Source: Acidihalobacter ferrooxydans
GTDB taxonomy: Bacteria > Pseudomonadota > Gammaproteobacteria > DSM-5130 > Acidihalobacteraceae
Direction: 5' to 3'
Assembly: GCF_001975725.1 (NCBI RefSeq)
Contig: NZ_CP019434.1
Coordinates: 2,775,322 to 2,807,321, forward strand
Length of the DNA stretch: 32,000 nt
Below are positions 7,398 through 17,705 of the stretch, piece after piece. Under the pieces are notes generated by a model. That model worked only from the letters and a program-made list of their open reading frames with translations, had not been told where the DNA came from and did no database searches. Position 1 is the first letter of the stretch; every line of letters begins with the position of its first letter. A program made the translations under genes and the position numbers.

Positions 7398-9284
7398 ATG
7401 ACCTACCCACTACTCAATTCGATCGACAGCCCGCAAGACGTGCGGGCACTCAACCCTGCGCAGTTGCAATCACTCGTCGACGAGCTGCGCGCCTTCATCA
7501 TCGAGTCGGTTTCCAGCACCGGCGGACATCTTGCGTCCAACCTCGGTACCGTCGAGCTCACCGTGGCCCTGCATTACGCGTTCCACACCCCGCAGGATCG
7601 CCTGGTATGGGACGTTGGCCATCAGGCCTACGCGCACAAGATTCTCACCGGACGCCGCGGCGCGATGGGCACCCTGCGCCGCAAGGCCGGACTCGCCGGT
7701 TTCCCAAAGCGCAACGAAAGTCCTTACGACACCTTCGGTGTCGGACATTCCAGCACCTCGATCAGTGCCGCCCTGGGCATGGCGCTGGCGGCAAAGCAGC
7801 AACACAGCGCACGCAAGGTCGCCGCCATCATTGGCGACGGCGCGTTGACCGCCGGCATGGCCTACGAAGCCCTGTGCCACGCCGGCAGCCTCGATGCTGA
7901 CCTGCTGGTGATTCTCAACGATAACGACATGTCGATCTCGCCCAACGTCGGCGCGATGTCGAACTACCTCACCCACCTGCTCTCGTCACGCGTCTACTCG
8001 AACCTGCGCGAAGGCAGCAAAGAACTCCTGAAACGTCTGCCGCCGGTGTGGGAAGTCGCCCAGCGCACACGCGAACACCTGCGCGGCATGATCATCCCCG
8101 GCACGCTGTTCGAAGAAATGGGCTTTCATTATTTCGGCCCCATCGACGGACACGACGTTGGCCTGCTGACCAAGACCCTGAGCAACCTGCGCGAACTCAA
8201 GGGACCGCGCCTGCTGCACATCGCCACCCGCAAGGGCAAAGGCTACGCGCAGGCAGAAGAAGATCCCGTCACCTATCATGGCGTCAGTCGTTTCGATCCG
8301 GCAAACGGCATCCAACCAAGCACTGGCGCGCCCGGCCAACCCACCTACACCCAGGTCTTCGGCCAATGGCTGTGCGACATGGCCCGGAAGGATGAGCGAC
8401 TGGTCGGCATCACGCCAGCCATGCGCGAAGGCTCCGGCCTGGTCGAATTCTCCAAACGCTTTCCGGAACGCTATTACGACGTCGCCATCGCCGAGCAGCA
8501 TGCTGTCACTCTGGCGGCCGGCATGGCCTGCGACGGCCTCAAGCCGGTTGTGGCAATCTACTCGACCTTCCTGCAACGCGGGTACGATCAGCTGATCCAC
8601 GACGTTGCCCTGCAGAGACTGCCTGTGCTGTTCGCCATCGACCGCGCCGGTCTCGTCGGCCCCGACGGGCCGACACACGCCGGCAGTTTCGACCTGAGTT
8701 ACATGCGCTGCCTGCCGAACATGGTCATCATGGCGCCATCGGATGAAAACGAATGCCGCCAGATGCTCTACACCGGCTTCATGCATGACGGCCCCGCCGC
8801 CGTGCGCTATCCGCGCGGCAAGGGACCCGGCAAGCCGATTCAGGAGACCATGACAGCCCTGCCGCTCGGCAAGGCCGAGTCGCTGCGCGCGGGTTCCGAA
8901 GTCGCTCTATTGTGCTTCGGCGCGCCGCTCACGGCCGCACGCGCCGTCGCCGAAAGCCTCGACGCGACGCTGATCAACATGCGTTTCGTCAAACCGCTCG
9001 ACGAGGCACTGATCACCGAGTTGGCCAAAACCCACCGCCTGCTCGTCACCCTCGAAGAAAACGCCATCGCCGGCGGCGCCGGCAGTGCAGTCAACGAATT
9101 CCTCGCCGCGCAGAACCTGTCCGTCGACACCCTCAACCTGGGGCTGCCCGACCGATTCCTCGACCACGCCAATCGTGAAGAGCTTCTTGCCGAGGCCGGT
9201 ATCGACGCCGAAGGCATCCGCAAGGCCATCGCCGTCCGGCTGGCCGACGCCGGGAAGATTGTCCCGCATCGCCGCATCCGGTAA
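7398..9284 (+). CDS. dxs: 1-deoxy-D-xylulose-5-phosphate synthase
   Basis: [16 protein letters not shown] ... [18 protein letters not shown] ... [13 protein letters not shown] ... and the transketolase-like C-terminus are typical Dxs. ATG 7398 is preferred over the track's TTG 7335. Confidence 0.95.
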   Translation: MTYPLLNSIDSPQDVRALNPAQLQSLVDELRAFIIESVSSTGGHLASNLGTVELTVALHYAFHTPQDRLVWDVGHQAYAHKILTGRRGAMGTLRRKAGLAGFPKRNESPYDTFGVGHSSTSISAALGMALAAKQQHSARKVAAIIGDGALTAGMAYEALCHAGSLDADLLVILNDNDMSISPNVGAMSNYLTHLLSSRVYSNLREGSKELLKRLPPVWEVAQRTREHLRGMIIPGTLFEEMGFHYFGPIDGHDVGLLTKTLSNLRELKGPRLLHIATRKGKGYAQAEEDPVTYHGVSRFDPANGIQPSTGAPGQPTYTQVFGQWLCDMARKDERLVGITPAMREGSGLVEFSKRFPERYYDVAIAEQHAVTLAAGMACDGLKPVVAIYSTFLQRGYDQLIHDVALQRLPVLFAIDRAGLVGPDGPTHAGSFDLSYMRCLPNMVIMAPSDENECRQMLYTGFMHDGPAAVRYPRGKGPGKPIQETMTALPLGKAESLRAGSEVALLCFGAPLTAARAVAESLDATLINMRFVKPLDEALITELAKTHRLLVTLEENAIAGGAGSAVNEFLAAQNLSVDTLNLGLPDRFLDHANREELLAEAGIDAEGIRKAIAVRLADAGKIVPHRRIR

Positions 9285-9312
9285 TATCCGACTATTTCAA
9301 TCAAGTAAAATC

Positions 9313-9696
9313 ATGCCCGCCACCTACCTGCTTACCGTACACACCGACTTTGCCGCCGCGCATACCCTGCGCGATTATCCCGGCGACTGCAGCCGCTTGC
9401 ACGGACATAACTGGAAACTCGAAGCGCAGGTACGCGCCACAGCCCTGAACGATGTCGGCATGGCCATTGACTTCAAGGCGATCAAGAGCGTCGCGCGCGA
9501 AGTGGCCGGCGAACTCGATCATCGTTATCTGAACGAACTCCCGCCCTTTACCACGGTCAACCCTACAGCGGAGAACATCGCCGCCTACATCTATCGGCAG
9601 ATGTCCGCACGACTCGACACGGACACCGCGCGCGTAAGCGCGGTCACGCTGTGGGAGACCGATCGCGCCTGTGTGCGCTACAGCGAGGACACATGA
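9313..9696 (+). CDS. queD: 6-carboxy-5,6,7,8-tetrahydropterin synthase
   Basis: It carries [25 protein letters not shown] (PTPS/QueD His and Cys motifs) and is about 127 aa long. The start is ATG 9313 within the longer track ORF. Confidence 0.88.
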   Translation: MPATYLLTVHTDFAAAHTLRDYPGDCSRLHGHNWKLEAQVRATALNDVGMAIDFKAIKSVAREVAGELDHRYLNELPPFTTVNPTAENIAAYIYRQMSARLDTDTARVSAVTLWETDRACVRYSEDT

Positions 9697-10508
9697 ATCA
9701 AAACCGCAGTGCCGCCGATTTCGCGGCAGACATCCCCGATGTCCAGAGCAGCCCTGACGAACGACACGTCGCCATCAACCGCGTCGGCATCAAGAGCCTG
9801 CGCCACCCGCTGCGCATTCTGAGCCGCGATGGCAGCGTACAGGCCACCGTCGCCAGTGCCGACATGTACGTGAACCTGCCGGCCGACCGCAAGGGCACTC
9901 ACATGTCACGTTTCGTGGCGCTGCTGAACGAAATCGCGCATCCACTGGATATCCCGGCATTTGAAACCCTGTTGATCGACATGAACCAGCGCCTCGGCGC
10001 CGAGGAAGGCCATATCGAACTGCGCTTCCCGTTCTTCGTGCGCAAGACCGCGCCGGTTTCCGGCGTCGAAAGCCTCATGGACTACGACGCATCGCTGATC
10101 GGCGAACTACGCAATGGCGAGGTTCGCATCAGTCTGCATGTAGTCGTTCCGGTGACCAGTCTGTGTCCGTGCTCGCGCGACATCTCCGAATACGGCGCGC
10201 ATAACCAGCGCTCACACATCACGCTTCGCGCCCGCATCAACCAGCCCATGTGGTTCGAGGACCTGATTGACACCGCGGAAGAAGCGGGCTCCTGCGAGTT
10301 ATTCGGCCTGCTCAAACGGCCAGACGAAAAATTCGTCACTGAACGCGCGTATGAGAATCCGAAATTCGTCGAAGATGCCGTGCGGGATCTGGCCGTGCGC
10401 CTGAACACCGAATCACGCATTGATGCCTATGTGATCGAATGCGAAAACTTCGAGTCGATTCACAACCACTCGGCCTACGCATGCATCGAACGCGATAAAA
10501 CGCGTTAA
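9693..10508 (+). CDS. folE2: GTP cyclohydrolase I type 2 (GCYH-IB)
   Basis: It carries [27 protein letters not shown] ... GTHMSRF ... TSLCPCS ... [16 protein letters not shown] 9693 overlaps the queD TGA (ATGA coupling). Confidence 0.88.
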   Translation: MNQNRSAADFAADIPDVQSSPDERHVAINRVGIKSLRHPLRILSRDGSVQATVASADMYVNLPADRKGTHMSRFVALLNEIAHPLDIPAFETLLIDMNQRLGAEEGHIELRFPFFVRKTAPVSGVESLMDYDASLIGELRNGEVRISLHVVVPVTSLCPCSRDISEYGAHNQRSHITLRARINQPMWFEDLIDTAEEAGSCELFGLLKRPDEKFVTERAYENPKFVEDAVRDLAVRLNTESRIDAYVIECENFESIHNHSAYACIERDKTR

Positions 10509-10608
10509 CAGGCAGTAAACAGGCAGTAGCCGCCATCCGGGCGGATGCGCGGGAAGCAATGGCAGATGCCGTGAGCAGATAGTCTGTCGATTGCCGGACG
10601 CAACCGGC

Positions 10609-11373
10609 TCAGAGGCTGCGCCACCCGCTGCCCTCATCCTGCGCGGCGACCGCAATGCGCTCAGTATCATCTCCCAAGCCGGCGATTAACGCCGCACGGG
10701 CATGCGACGGCGTATTGTTTTTTTCGCTGACATGCGCACCGATCAGCCAGCGCAGGCGCGACGTATCGAGCCGGGCCAGTAGCGCCGCTGCCTGATCGTT
10801 GCCCAGATGTCCGTAGTTACCGCCGACCCGCGCCTTCAGTGCAGGCGGATACGGCCCACGTCGTAGCAGTTCGGGCTCGTAGTTACACTCCAGCACCAGG
10901 GCATCCACACCCGCCAGCATGCGTTCAATATGCGGGGTGATGCTCCCCGTATCGGTCAGTTGCCCCAGGCGCACGTCACCGTCGCTGAACACAAACTGCG
11001 CCGGCTCGCGCGCATCGTGCGGAACCGGAAACGGATGCAGTTGAATATCGCCCACCGCAAACACGTCATGCGCGTGAAACTGTTCGATGCGATAAAAACC
11101 GGTATCGCGGCAGGCTGCCAGGGTACCCGCCGTCAGCCACACCGGCAGCCTGTAGCGGCGCGACAACCGTGCCGCGCCGGACAGATGATCACTGTGCTCA
11201 TGCGTAATCAGGATTGCGCCAATATCCTCCCCACGCAGCCCGAGGCGCGCCAGGCGGCGATCCACTTCTCTGACTGAGAATCCGCAATCCAGCAGCAGGC
11301 GGGTGCCGCCAGATTCGATCACGCACGCATTACCTCGACTCCCGCTGCCGAGTGAGGCGTAACGCAGACTCAC
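10609..11373 (-). CDS. MBL-fold metallo-hydrolase
   Basis: It has the HxHxDH motif ITHEHSDHLSG and the N-terminal LGSGSRGNA pattern of YycJ/PhnP-like beta-lactamase-fold proteins. Confidence 0.85.
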   Translation of the reverse strand: MSLRYASLGSGSRGNACVIESGGTRLLLDCGFSVREVDRRLARLGLRGEDIGAILITHEHSDHLSGAARLSRRYRLPVWLTAGTLAACRDTGFYRIEQFHAHDVFAVGDIQLHPFPVPHDAREPAQFVFSDGDVRLGQLTDTGSITPHIERMLAGVDALVLECNYEPELLRRGPYPPALKARVGGNYGHLGNDQAAALLARLDTSRLRWLIGAHVSEKNNTPSHARAALIAGLGDDTERIAVAAQDEGSGWRSL

Positions 11374-11377
11374 GCGC

Positions 11378-12469
11378 TTACGTCAGACCACTCAGCAAAC
11401 GCTTCAGCACCTCATGCGCAGCGGCTGGCGCCAAGGGTTTCCCCTTGGCGTCGAGCGCATGGACGACAACGGCATTACCTGTGGTCGAAGCGACCACCTT
11501 GATCTTGAACTCCGCGCCTTGATTGAGCACCGAACCGCCACCGAACAAGCGCTGCAGCGCATTGCTCTGACTCACGCCGACGTACTTCACGGTGTACAGC
11601 CCCGCCGCGCGATCCTGATGCTCGACGACCAGATCGACACGGTCGAGCCCGAGCCCGATCTGTGGCCAGGCCTGCGCGAAGGGCTGCGCGGCATCGATCA
11701 CCGTCGTGCCATCGGCAGTCGCCAGCGTGAACGCCGATGCGCCGGTTTTAGTGACCGCAGTCGCCAGCGTCGTGGCTTGCGCCTTGGGTGCGCCCATATA
11801 CACCATCAAGGCCTGCAGCAGGCTCGCTTCCTTGCCCGGATTGGGCGGCAACCATTGCCAGACCATGTCGCCCTGCGAATCCTTGGCCTTGATGGCCCCC
11901 TGGCCACTCAGGTAAAGCTCGGTTGTATCTGCTTTTGCTCCGCGCACCAAGCGGACAACATAACGCTCACGCGCACCCGACGCGGCCAGATTGAGCAACT
12001 GCCCCAGAAAACCCTTCGGCAGACCGGCGCTGCTCTTCCAGGCAGTGCGCAACACGCCCGTGCGGGCATCCGCCTCGACCAGGGTATAACCGCGCGCCTT
12101 GAAGAACGCCTCCAGTTTTGGCCACACCTGCCCCGGTTTGGCGTCGATACTCAACCAGCGAAATGCGCCTGCCTGCCGGAGGTGCATTTTCGGCACCACA
12201 GGCAACACGCCGGATTGCACGGCAACGCCCGCTTTTGGACCCGATTGGGCCGTACTCTGCGCGGCCGCACGCGTCGGCCCCAAACCCTGCGCCGGAGGAA
12301 TCGCAAAAGTACTTTCGGCTTTCGGCGCGCTCAGGTTCGGGGGCACTTGCAAACTCTGCGTCGAAGCATCCACCGGATAGGCCGAAGAACCACCCCACAG
12401 CGAGCAACCGCCCATGCCCAATACGGCTCCGAACAGAGCCGCACGGCGTAACACATTAAGCATTCGCAT
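11378..12469 (-). CDS. bamC: outer membrane protein assembly factor BamC-like lipoprotein
   Basis: It has the lipobox LGMGGCS and sits immediately downstream of, and overlapping, dapA, the conserved dapA-nlpB/bamC arrangement. The start is ATG 12469 or 12463. The family call rests mainly on synteny and lipoprotein features. Confidence 0.7.
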   Translation of the reverse strand: MRMLNVLRRAALFGAVLGMGGCSLWGGSSAYPVDASTQSLQVPPNLSAPKAESTFAIPPAQGLGPTRAAAQSTAQSGPKAGVAVQSGVLPVVPKMHLRQAGAFRWLSIDAKPGQVWPKLEAFFKARGYTLVEADARTGVLRTAWKSSAGLPKGFLGQLLNLAASGARERYVVRLVRGAKADTTELYLSGQGAIKAKDSQGDMVWQWLPPNPGKEASLLQALMVYMGAPKAQATTLATAVTKTGASAFTLATADGTTVIDAAQPFAQAWPQIGLGLDRVDLVVEHQDRAAGLYTVKYVGVSQSNALQRLFGGGSVLNQGAEFKIKVVASTTGNAVVVHALDAKGKPLAPAAAHEVLKRLLSGLT

Positions 12470-13352
12470 CTCCAGATAAAGCGACGCCGGCCTGACGCAT
12501 GGCCGCGCGCACCGTGTCATGACAGGACGGTGACAATGGCGTCAGTGGCAGCCGGATACCGTCCTCGATCAAGCCCATTTCATGCAACGCCCACTTGGAC
12601 GGAATCGGGTTGGATTCCACAAACAAGGCACTGTGCAATCCGGCAAGACGCGCATCGAACGCTTCGGCCTGCGCACGATCACCACGCAGCGCAGCAGCGC
12701 ACATGTCATGCATCAGCCGTGGCGCGATATTGGCCGTGACCGAGATCACGCCCTTGCCGCCGGCCAGGATCGACGCCATCCCTGTGGCATCGTCGCCACT
12801 GTAGACCGTGAGCCGGTCGCCACAACGGCGCACCAGCTCCTCGATCCGTTCGACCGCCCCCAAGGCTTCCTTGATACCGATGATATTGGTGATATCCGCC
12901 AGACGTGCAGTGGTTTCCGGGCGCATGTCCACCGCCGTGCGCCCTGGTACGTTATACACGATTTGCGGAATGGCGACCGCCTCGGCCACGGCCTTGAAAT
13001 GCCGGTAGAGACCTTCCTGAGTCGGCTTGTTGTAATAAGGCGTGACCAGCAGGCAGGCATCGGCACCGGCGTTCATCGCGCACCGGGTCAGCCGGATCGC
13101 CTCGGCCGTCGCATTGGCGCCAGTGCCGGCAATCAGAGGGACGCGCCCTCGCACCAGCTTCACGAAACGCTTGATCAGTTGACAATGCTCGTCGAAATCA
13201 ACCGTGGCCGACTCGCCGGTGGTGCCAACCGCGACAATCGCATCGGTACCGTTCTCGACATGAAACTCGATCAGGCGCGCCAAGGCGGCATCGTCGACCT
13301 CACCGTCGGCCCGCATCGGCGTGACCATCGCCACCATACTGCCGTGAAACAT
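12456..13352 (-). CDS. dapA: 4-hydroxy-tetrahydrodipicolinate synthase
   Basis: MFHGSMVAMVTPMRADGEVD ... GTTGESAT ... YNKPTQEGLYRHF ... YNVPGRT is canonical DapA. The start is ATG 13352 (298 aa); the track ORF is extended upstream. Confidence 0.95.
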   Translation of the reverse strand: MFHGSMVAMVTPMRADGEVDDAALARLIEFHVENGTDAIVAVGTTGESATVDFDEHCQLIKRFVKLVRGRVPLIAGTGANATAEAIRLTRCAMNAGADACLLVTPYYNKPTQEGLYRHFKAVAEAVAIPQIVYNVPGRTAVDMRPETTARLADITNIIGIKEALGAVERIEELVRRCGDRLTVYSGDDATGMASILAGGKGVISVTANIAPRLMHDMCAAALRGDRAQAEAFDARLAGLHSALFVESNPIPSKWALHEMGLIEDGIRLPLTPLSPSCHDTVRAAMRQAGVALSGDANA

Positions 13353-13497
13353 GCCCTGCCCCTGAACCCTGACAAACCGCCATAGTACTTTCGGGCACAC
13401 CCACTGACAAGCCGCGTGAGACGCTGCGCGGCGCGTTTCGCACCCGCGCACGAACTGGTACTCTTTTGCCATGACAACCCAGCCCACGCGGAACAAC

Positions 13498-14028
13498 ATG
13501 AATACTCATCTGGTGGTATCGATCCTCGGCGAAGACCATCCGGGCATCGTCGAATCGATCGCCGACATCGTGCGCGACGCCGGCTGTAACCTGGAAGACA
13601 GCCGCATGAGCGTGCTCGGCGGCGCCTTCGCGATGATTCTCCTGGCCAGCGGCAACTGGAACACCACAACCAAACTCGAAAAAGCGTTCGACCGTCTCGC
13701 GCAGACCTCCGAACTGGTCATCACCACACAGCGCACGCAACGGCGCGCACCCTCCGGCAATCTCATCCCTTACGGCGTCGATGTCGTCGCGCTCGACCAG
13801 CCCGGGATCGTCTACGAACTGGCTAATTTCTTCGCTGCGCGCGGGGTCAACATTCAGAACATGACCACGGCCACCTATGCCGCTCCGCATACCGGCTCGC
13901 CGATGTTCTCACTGCACATGACGGTGGAAATTCCCGATCACGCCCATCTCGCCACACTGCGCGACGAATTTCTCGATTTATGTGATGACCTCAATCTCGA
14001 TGGCATCATGGAGCCGGTCAAGCATTGA
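13498..14028 (+). CDS. gcvR: glycine cleavage system transcriptional repressor-like protein (tandem ACT domains)
   Basis: Two ACT-like repeats are present (LVVSILGEDHPGIVESIADIVRDAGCNLEDSRMSVLGG and VDVVALDQPGIVYELANFFAARGVNIQNM). It is divergent from dapA and upstream of bcp, as in E. coli. The start is ATG 13498 or 13471. Confidence 0.8.
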   Translation: MNTHLVVSILGEDHPGIVESIADIVRDAGCNLEDSRMSVLGGAFAMILLASGNWNTTTKLEKAFDRLAQTSELVITTQRTQRRAPSGNLIPYGVDVVALDQPGIVYELANFFAARGVNIQNMTTATYAAPHTGSPMFSLHMTVEIPDHAHLATLRDEFLDLCDDLNLDGIMEPVKH

Positions 14029-14091
14029 ACGTCGCCGTTTGCAGCCCTCTACAAACCCTCCTCTCACCCACCTTCGCAAGGGAGATCCGCC

Positions 14092-14550
14092 ATGCCTGAC
14101 ATCGACCAAGCTGTCCCCGATTTTTCCGCCCCCTCGACCGGCGGCGACATCAGCCTGCACGCACTGCGCGGCCAGCATGTCGTGCTCTATTTTTATCCCA
14201 AGGACAACACCCCAGGCTGCACGACCGAAGGCACCGACTTTCGCGATGCCCACACCGATTTTCAGGCCGCCGGAGCGGTGATTTTCGGCGTGTCGCGCGA
14301 CAGCCTGAAATCGCACGAATCATTCAAGGCGAAGTTTGACTTCCCCTTTGAACTCATCTCGGATACGGACGAAACACTGTGCACTCTCTTCGACGTGATC
14401 AAGATGAAAAACATGTACGGAAAGCAGGTCAGGGGAATCGAGCGCAGCACCTTCCTGATCGATAAAGAAGGCGTGCTGCGGGCTGAATGGCGCAAGGTCA
14501 AGGTACCCGGCCATTGCGCCGCCGTGCTCGACGCCGTACGCGCACTTTGA
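14092..14550 (+). CDS. bcp: thioredoxin-dependent thiol peroxidase (peroxiredoxin Bcp)
   Basis: It has the motif YFYPKDNTPGCTTE and is 152 aa long, with GGGAGA upstream as an SD. Confidence 0.92.
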   Translation: MPDIDQAVPDFSAPSTGGDISLHALRGQHVVLYFYPKDNTPGCTTEGTDFRDAHTDFQAAGAVIFGVSRDSLKSHESFKAKFDFPFELISDTDETLCTLFDVIKMKNMYGKQVRGIERSTFLIDKEGVLRAEWRKVKVPGHCAAVLDAVRAL

Positions 14551-14558
14551 TGACTGCG

Positions 14559-14576
14559 CGCCGCACGTGTGCGGCG
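14559..14576 (+). terminator. GC-rich palindrome after bcp (weak terminator or processing hairpin)
   Basis: CGCCGCAC GT GTGCGGCG is followed by TTCA. There is no real U-tract. Confidence 0.25.
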
Positions 14577-14619
14577 TTCACAACGAACGGAACATCATCA
14601 CCAGCATGGAGACTCGCGC

Positions 14620-16032
14620 ATGAGCAAGGCCGATTCGGGCAAGCGACTATTCGTTCTCGACACGAACGTGCTCATGCACGACCCCACCGCCCTGTTTCGC
14701 TTTCAAGAACACGACATCTATTTGCCGATGGTGGTGCTCGAAGAACTCGACCGCTCGAAAAAAGGCGTATCCGAAGTTGCGCGCAACGTCCGTCAGGTCA
14801 GCCGTTTTCTTGACGAAATCATCGGCCAACAGTCTGATAACGGCATCGCGGACGGGCTACCGATTGTTGTCGGGCACACCGACACCGGCCTGCCGAACGG
14901 CTGCAGCGGACGCCTGTTCTTCGAAACCGAACTGCTGCCCCAGACCTTACCCGATTCGCTGCCAGGCACGTCGGCCGACAACACCATTCTTGCTATCGCG
15001 CTGGCCCTGCAGAACGACGCCAGGCATCGGCGTGTCACACTGGTCTCCAAAGACATCAATCTACGCCTCAAAGCCAGCATCGTCGGCGTGCACGCCGAAG
15101 ACTACAACAACGACCAGGTCCTCGACGATGTCGACCTGCTCTATAGCGGCCAGCAGGAACTGGCCGCCGACTTCTGGGAAAGCCACAGCAAAAACATGGA
15201 GTCCTGGCAGGAGAACGGGCGAACGTTTTACCGCATGCACGGCCCGATGACCGGCAACTGGCACCCGAATCAGTGCCTCATACTACCCGGAGAGCAGGGC
15301 TTTTCCGCGCTCGTGCGCGAGGCCAGCGACGCTCACGCACTGATCGAGACCGCCACCGACTACAGCAGTCCACGGCACAGCGTCTGGGGTATTCATGCAC
15401 GCAATCCCGAGCAAAATTTCGCTCTAAACCTGCTGCTCGACCCCGAAATCGACTTTGTCACCCTGCTCGGCGCTGCCGGCACCGGCAAAACCCTGCTCAC
15501 GCTCGCCGCGGCGCTGATGCAAACGCTGGACGAGAACCGCTACAAGGAAATCATCATGACCCGCGTCACCGTGCCGGTGGGCGAGGACATCGGCTTCCTG
15601 CCCGGCACCGAAGAGGAAAAAATGACGCCCTGGATGGGGGCCCTGATGGACAACCTGGAAGTACTCACCCGCACCGATATCGGCGGCGAATGGGGCCAGG
15701 AAGCGACCAACGACCTGCTGCGCAATCGCATCAAGATCCGCTCGCTGAACTTCATGCGCGGGCGCACCTTTCTCAATCGCCTCCTCATCCTCGACGAAGC
15801 GCAAAATCTCACATCCAAGCAGATGAAAACGCTGATCACCCGCGCTGGCCCTGGCACTAAAATTGTTTGCCTGGGCAACATCGCGCAGATCGACACGCCT
15901 TACCTGACGGAGACCACCTCCGGCCTGACCTACGTCGTCGATCGCTTCAAGAACTGGCTACACAGCGGCCATATCATCCTGCGTCGCGGCGAACGCTCGC
16001 GGCTGGCCGATTTCGCATCGGACGCGCTATAA
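14620..16032 (+). CDS. PhoH-family ATPase with N-terminal PIN domain (YlaK-like)
   Basis: The PIN signature is LFVLDTNVLMHDP ... VVLEELD. The PhoH P-loop is LLGAAGTGKTLL, with Walker B LILDEAQN. ATG 14620 is preferred to the track start at 14569. Confidence 0.9.
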   Translation: MSKADSGKRLFVLDTNVLMHDPTALFRFQEHDIYLPMVVLEELDRSKKGVSEVARNVRQVSRFLDEIIGQQSDNGIADGLPIVVGHTDTGLPNGCSGRLFFETELLPQTLPDSLPGTSADNTILAIALALQNDARHRRVTLVSKDINLRLKASIVGVHAEDYNNDQVLDDVDLLYSGQQELAADFWESHSKNMESWQENGRTFYRMHGPMTGNWHPNQCLILPGEQGFSALVREASDAHALIETATDYSSPRHSVWGIHARNPEQNFALNLLLDPEIDFVTLLGAAGTGKTLLTLAAALMQTLDENRYKEIIMTRVTVPVGEDIGFLPGTEEEKMTPWMGALMDNLEVLTRTDIGGEWGQEATNDLLRNRIKIRSLNFMRGRTFLNRLLILDEAQNLTSKQMKTLITRAGPGTKIVCLGNIAQIDTPYLTETTSGLTYVVDRFKNWLHSGHIILRRGERSRLADFASDAL

Positions 16033-16122
16033 CCCGACAAGCCTTCAGGCGCTCCGCCCTCGCTTGGTTCTTGAACCCAAAGCGCCGCACAATCATCGCC
16101 TCGCCTGAGGAATTATCAGGGT

Positions 16123-17208
16123 TCAAGGGAGAATTTCGGGCGGCGCGGTAGCGCGTCGCAGAGCATGCACCACAGCCTGCACCAGCGTGGCCAGCGGGAT
16201 GGCGAAAAACACACCCCACACCCCCCACAGACCGCCGAACAGCAACACTGCCGTCATGATTGCGACGGGATGCAGGCTGACCATCTCCGAGTACAGCACC
16301 GGCACCAGCAGATTACCGTCCAGAAACTGAACGATCACGTACGCACTCACGATATAGAGAAAATTGCTGGTAAATCCCCACTGGATATACGCCACGAACA
16401 GCACCGGCACTGTCACCACCGCAGCCCCGACATATGGAATGACCACCGACAGCCCCACAAGCACGGCCAGTAACAGTCCATAGTTCAAACCAAAGAAGGC
16501 AAACGCAATGTAGGTCGCCGCCCACACCAACAATATTTCGAGAATCTTACCGCGCACGTAGCCAACAAACTTGATGTTCACTTCCTGCCACACCTCGATC
16601 GCCAATGCACGCTGACGCGGCATCAGCCCGGCGACCCAGGTCAACAGCAGGTACTTGTCCTTGAGAAAGAAAAACACCAGCACCGGAACCAGAATCAAAT
16701 AAATTATCAACGTGATCAGGCCGATGACGGAAGCCAGCGACAGGCTCAGTACATGTTGCCCGGATGCTGCCAGCGCATGGCGTAGCTCGCCCATCAGCCC
16801 ATTAACTTGGGTCTGCGAGATGAAATGCGGATAACGCTCCGGCAAGGTCCGCAGCGCATCCTGCCCCTGCGCAACCATCTTGGGCAACTCGCGCATAAAC
16901 TCATTGGTCTGACTGATCAGCAACGGCACCATGCCGCCCACGAACAAGGCCACGCCGGCAATGAACACGATGAACATGACCCATACCGCCAGCAGTCGCG
17001 GCATGCCCAGCCGTCGCAGCCAATCGACCGCCCCATCCAGCACGAAGGCAATGACCAGCGCCGCAATCAACGGTGCAAGCAAGTGTCCGAACAGCAGCAC
17101 CACGCCGGCGCCCACCGCCAGCAGCAACGCCAGACTGACGATCTGCGGATTGGCAAAATAGCGTTGAAACCAGTCGCGCACAGGTTCGAGCATGTCAGGG
17201 CCATCCAC
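16123..17208 (-). CDS. AI-2E family transporter (PerM/YdiK-like permease)
   Basis: It is a polytopic membrane protein of 361 aa with the characteristic C-terminal VSLHPVAIMTAVLLFGGLWGVWGVFFAIPLA segment. Confidence 0.85.
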   Translation of the reverse strand: MDGPDMLEPVRDWFQRYFANPQIVSLALLLAVGAGVVLLFGHLLAPLIAALVIAFVLDGAVDWLRRLGMPRLLAVWVMFIVFIAGVALFVGGMVPLLISQTNEFMRELPKMVAQGQDALRTLPERYPHFISQTQVNGLMGELRHALAASGQHVLSLSLASVIGLITLIIYLILVPVLVFFFLKDKYLLLTWVAGLMPRQRALAIEVWQEVNIKFVGYVRGKILEILLVWAATYIAFAFFGLNYGLLLAVLVGLSVVIPYVGAAVVTVPVLFVAYIQWGFTSNFLYIVSAYVIVQFLDGNLLVPVLYSEMVSLHPVAIMTAVLLFGGLWGVWGVFFAIPLATLVQAVVHALRRATAPPEILP

Positions 17209-17294
17209 TGGCTGAGAGCATCGTACGACGGTGTTCGGTGTGCGCCGGATTCATGGTATCAGCCCCGTGAACCGTGGCACATTCATCCCTTGAT

Positions 17295-17705
17295 CTAAGC
17301 GGACGAATCAGATGTTTCCGCATCGTCAGTGCCCGTGAATTCCGCCACCACGCTACGGTAATGCGCTTCGAAGATGACCTCAAGTTCGTCAATTACATCC
17401 CTGGCCTCACGCCCCTGCATGACATGCTGCGCGACCAGCGCGGAAGTCTGATTGAGCATTTTCGCTTTATCGAGCATCGGATACGTGGCAGACAGGCGAC
17501 GTATCGCCTTGACGACCGACTCCTCCGCGGGCCGTGGATGCGGCACGGGCTTTGGCAGTTCACGCGGCTCATCGGCGACACGCGAAGCAAGAAATTCGGC
17601 GAATTCGAGCAGCGTTGCCTGCTGCGCTTCGGGCAATCGCCCAAAGATCCGCGTCAACCGCTTCTGCGGATCCCGAATCGCATTCAACGACGACGGCAAC
17701 ATCAT
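17295..17705 (-). CDS. hypothetical protein with an acidic C-terminal tail
   Basis: The 136-aa ORF is translationally coupled (ATGATG/TGA overlap at 17700-17705) to the upstream GATase-like gene. I recognise no family. Confidence 0.5.
   Translation of the reverse strand: MMLPSSLNAIRDPQKRLTRIFGRLPEAQQATLLEFAEFLASRVADEPRELPKPVPHPRPAEESVVKAIRRLSATYPMLDKAKMLNQTSALVAQHVMQGREARDVIDELEVIFEAHYRSVVAEFTGTDDAETSDSSA

Noticed and set aside
10507-10528. A perfect tandem duplication AACAGGCAGTA x2 starting in the folE2 stop codon, followed by a weak 5-bp hairpin (CCGCC atccg GGCGG).
   Set aside because: There are only two copies, and it lies between convergent genes. It is most simply a slippage duplication or weak terminator region. 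I cannot support a function.
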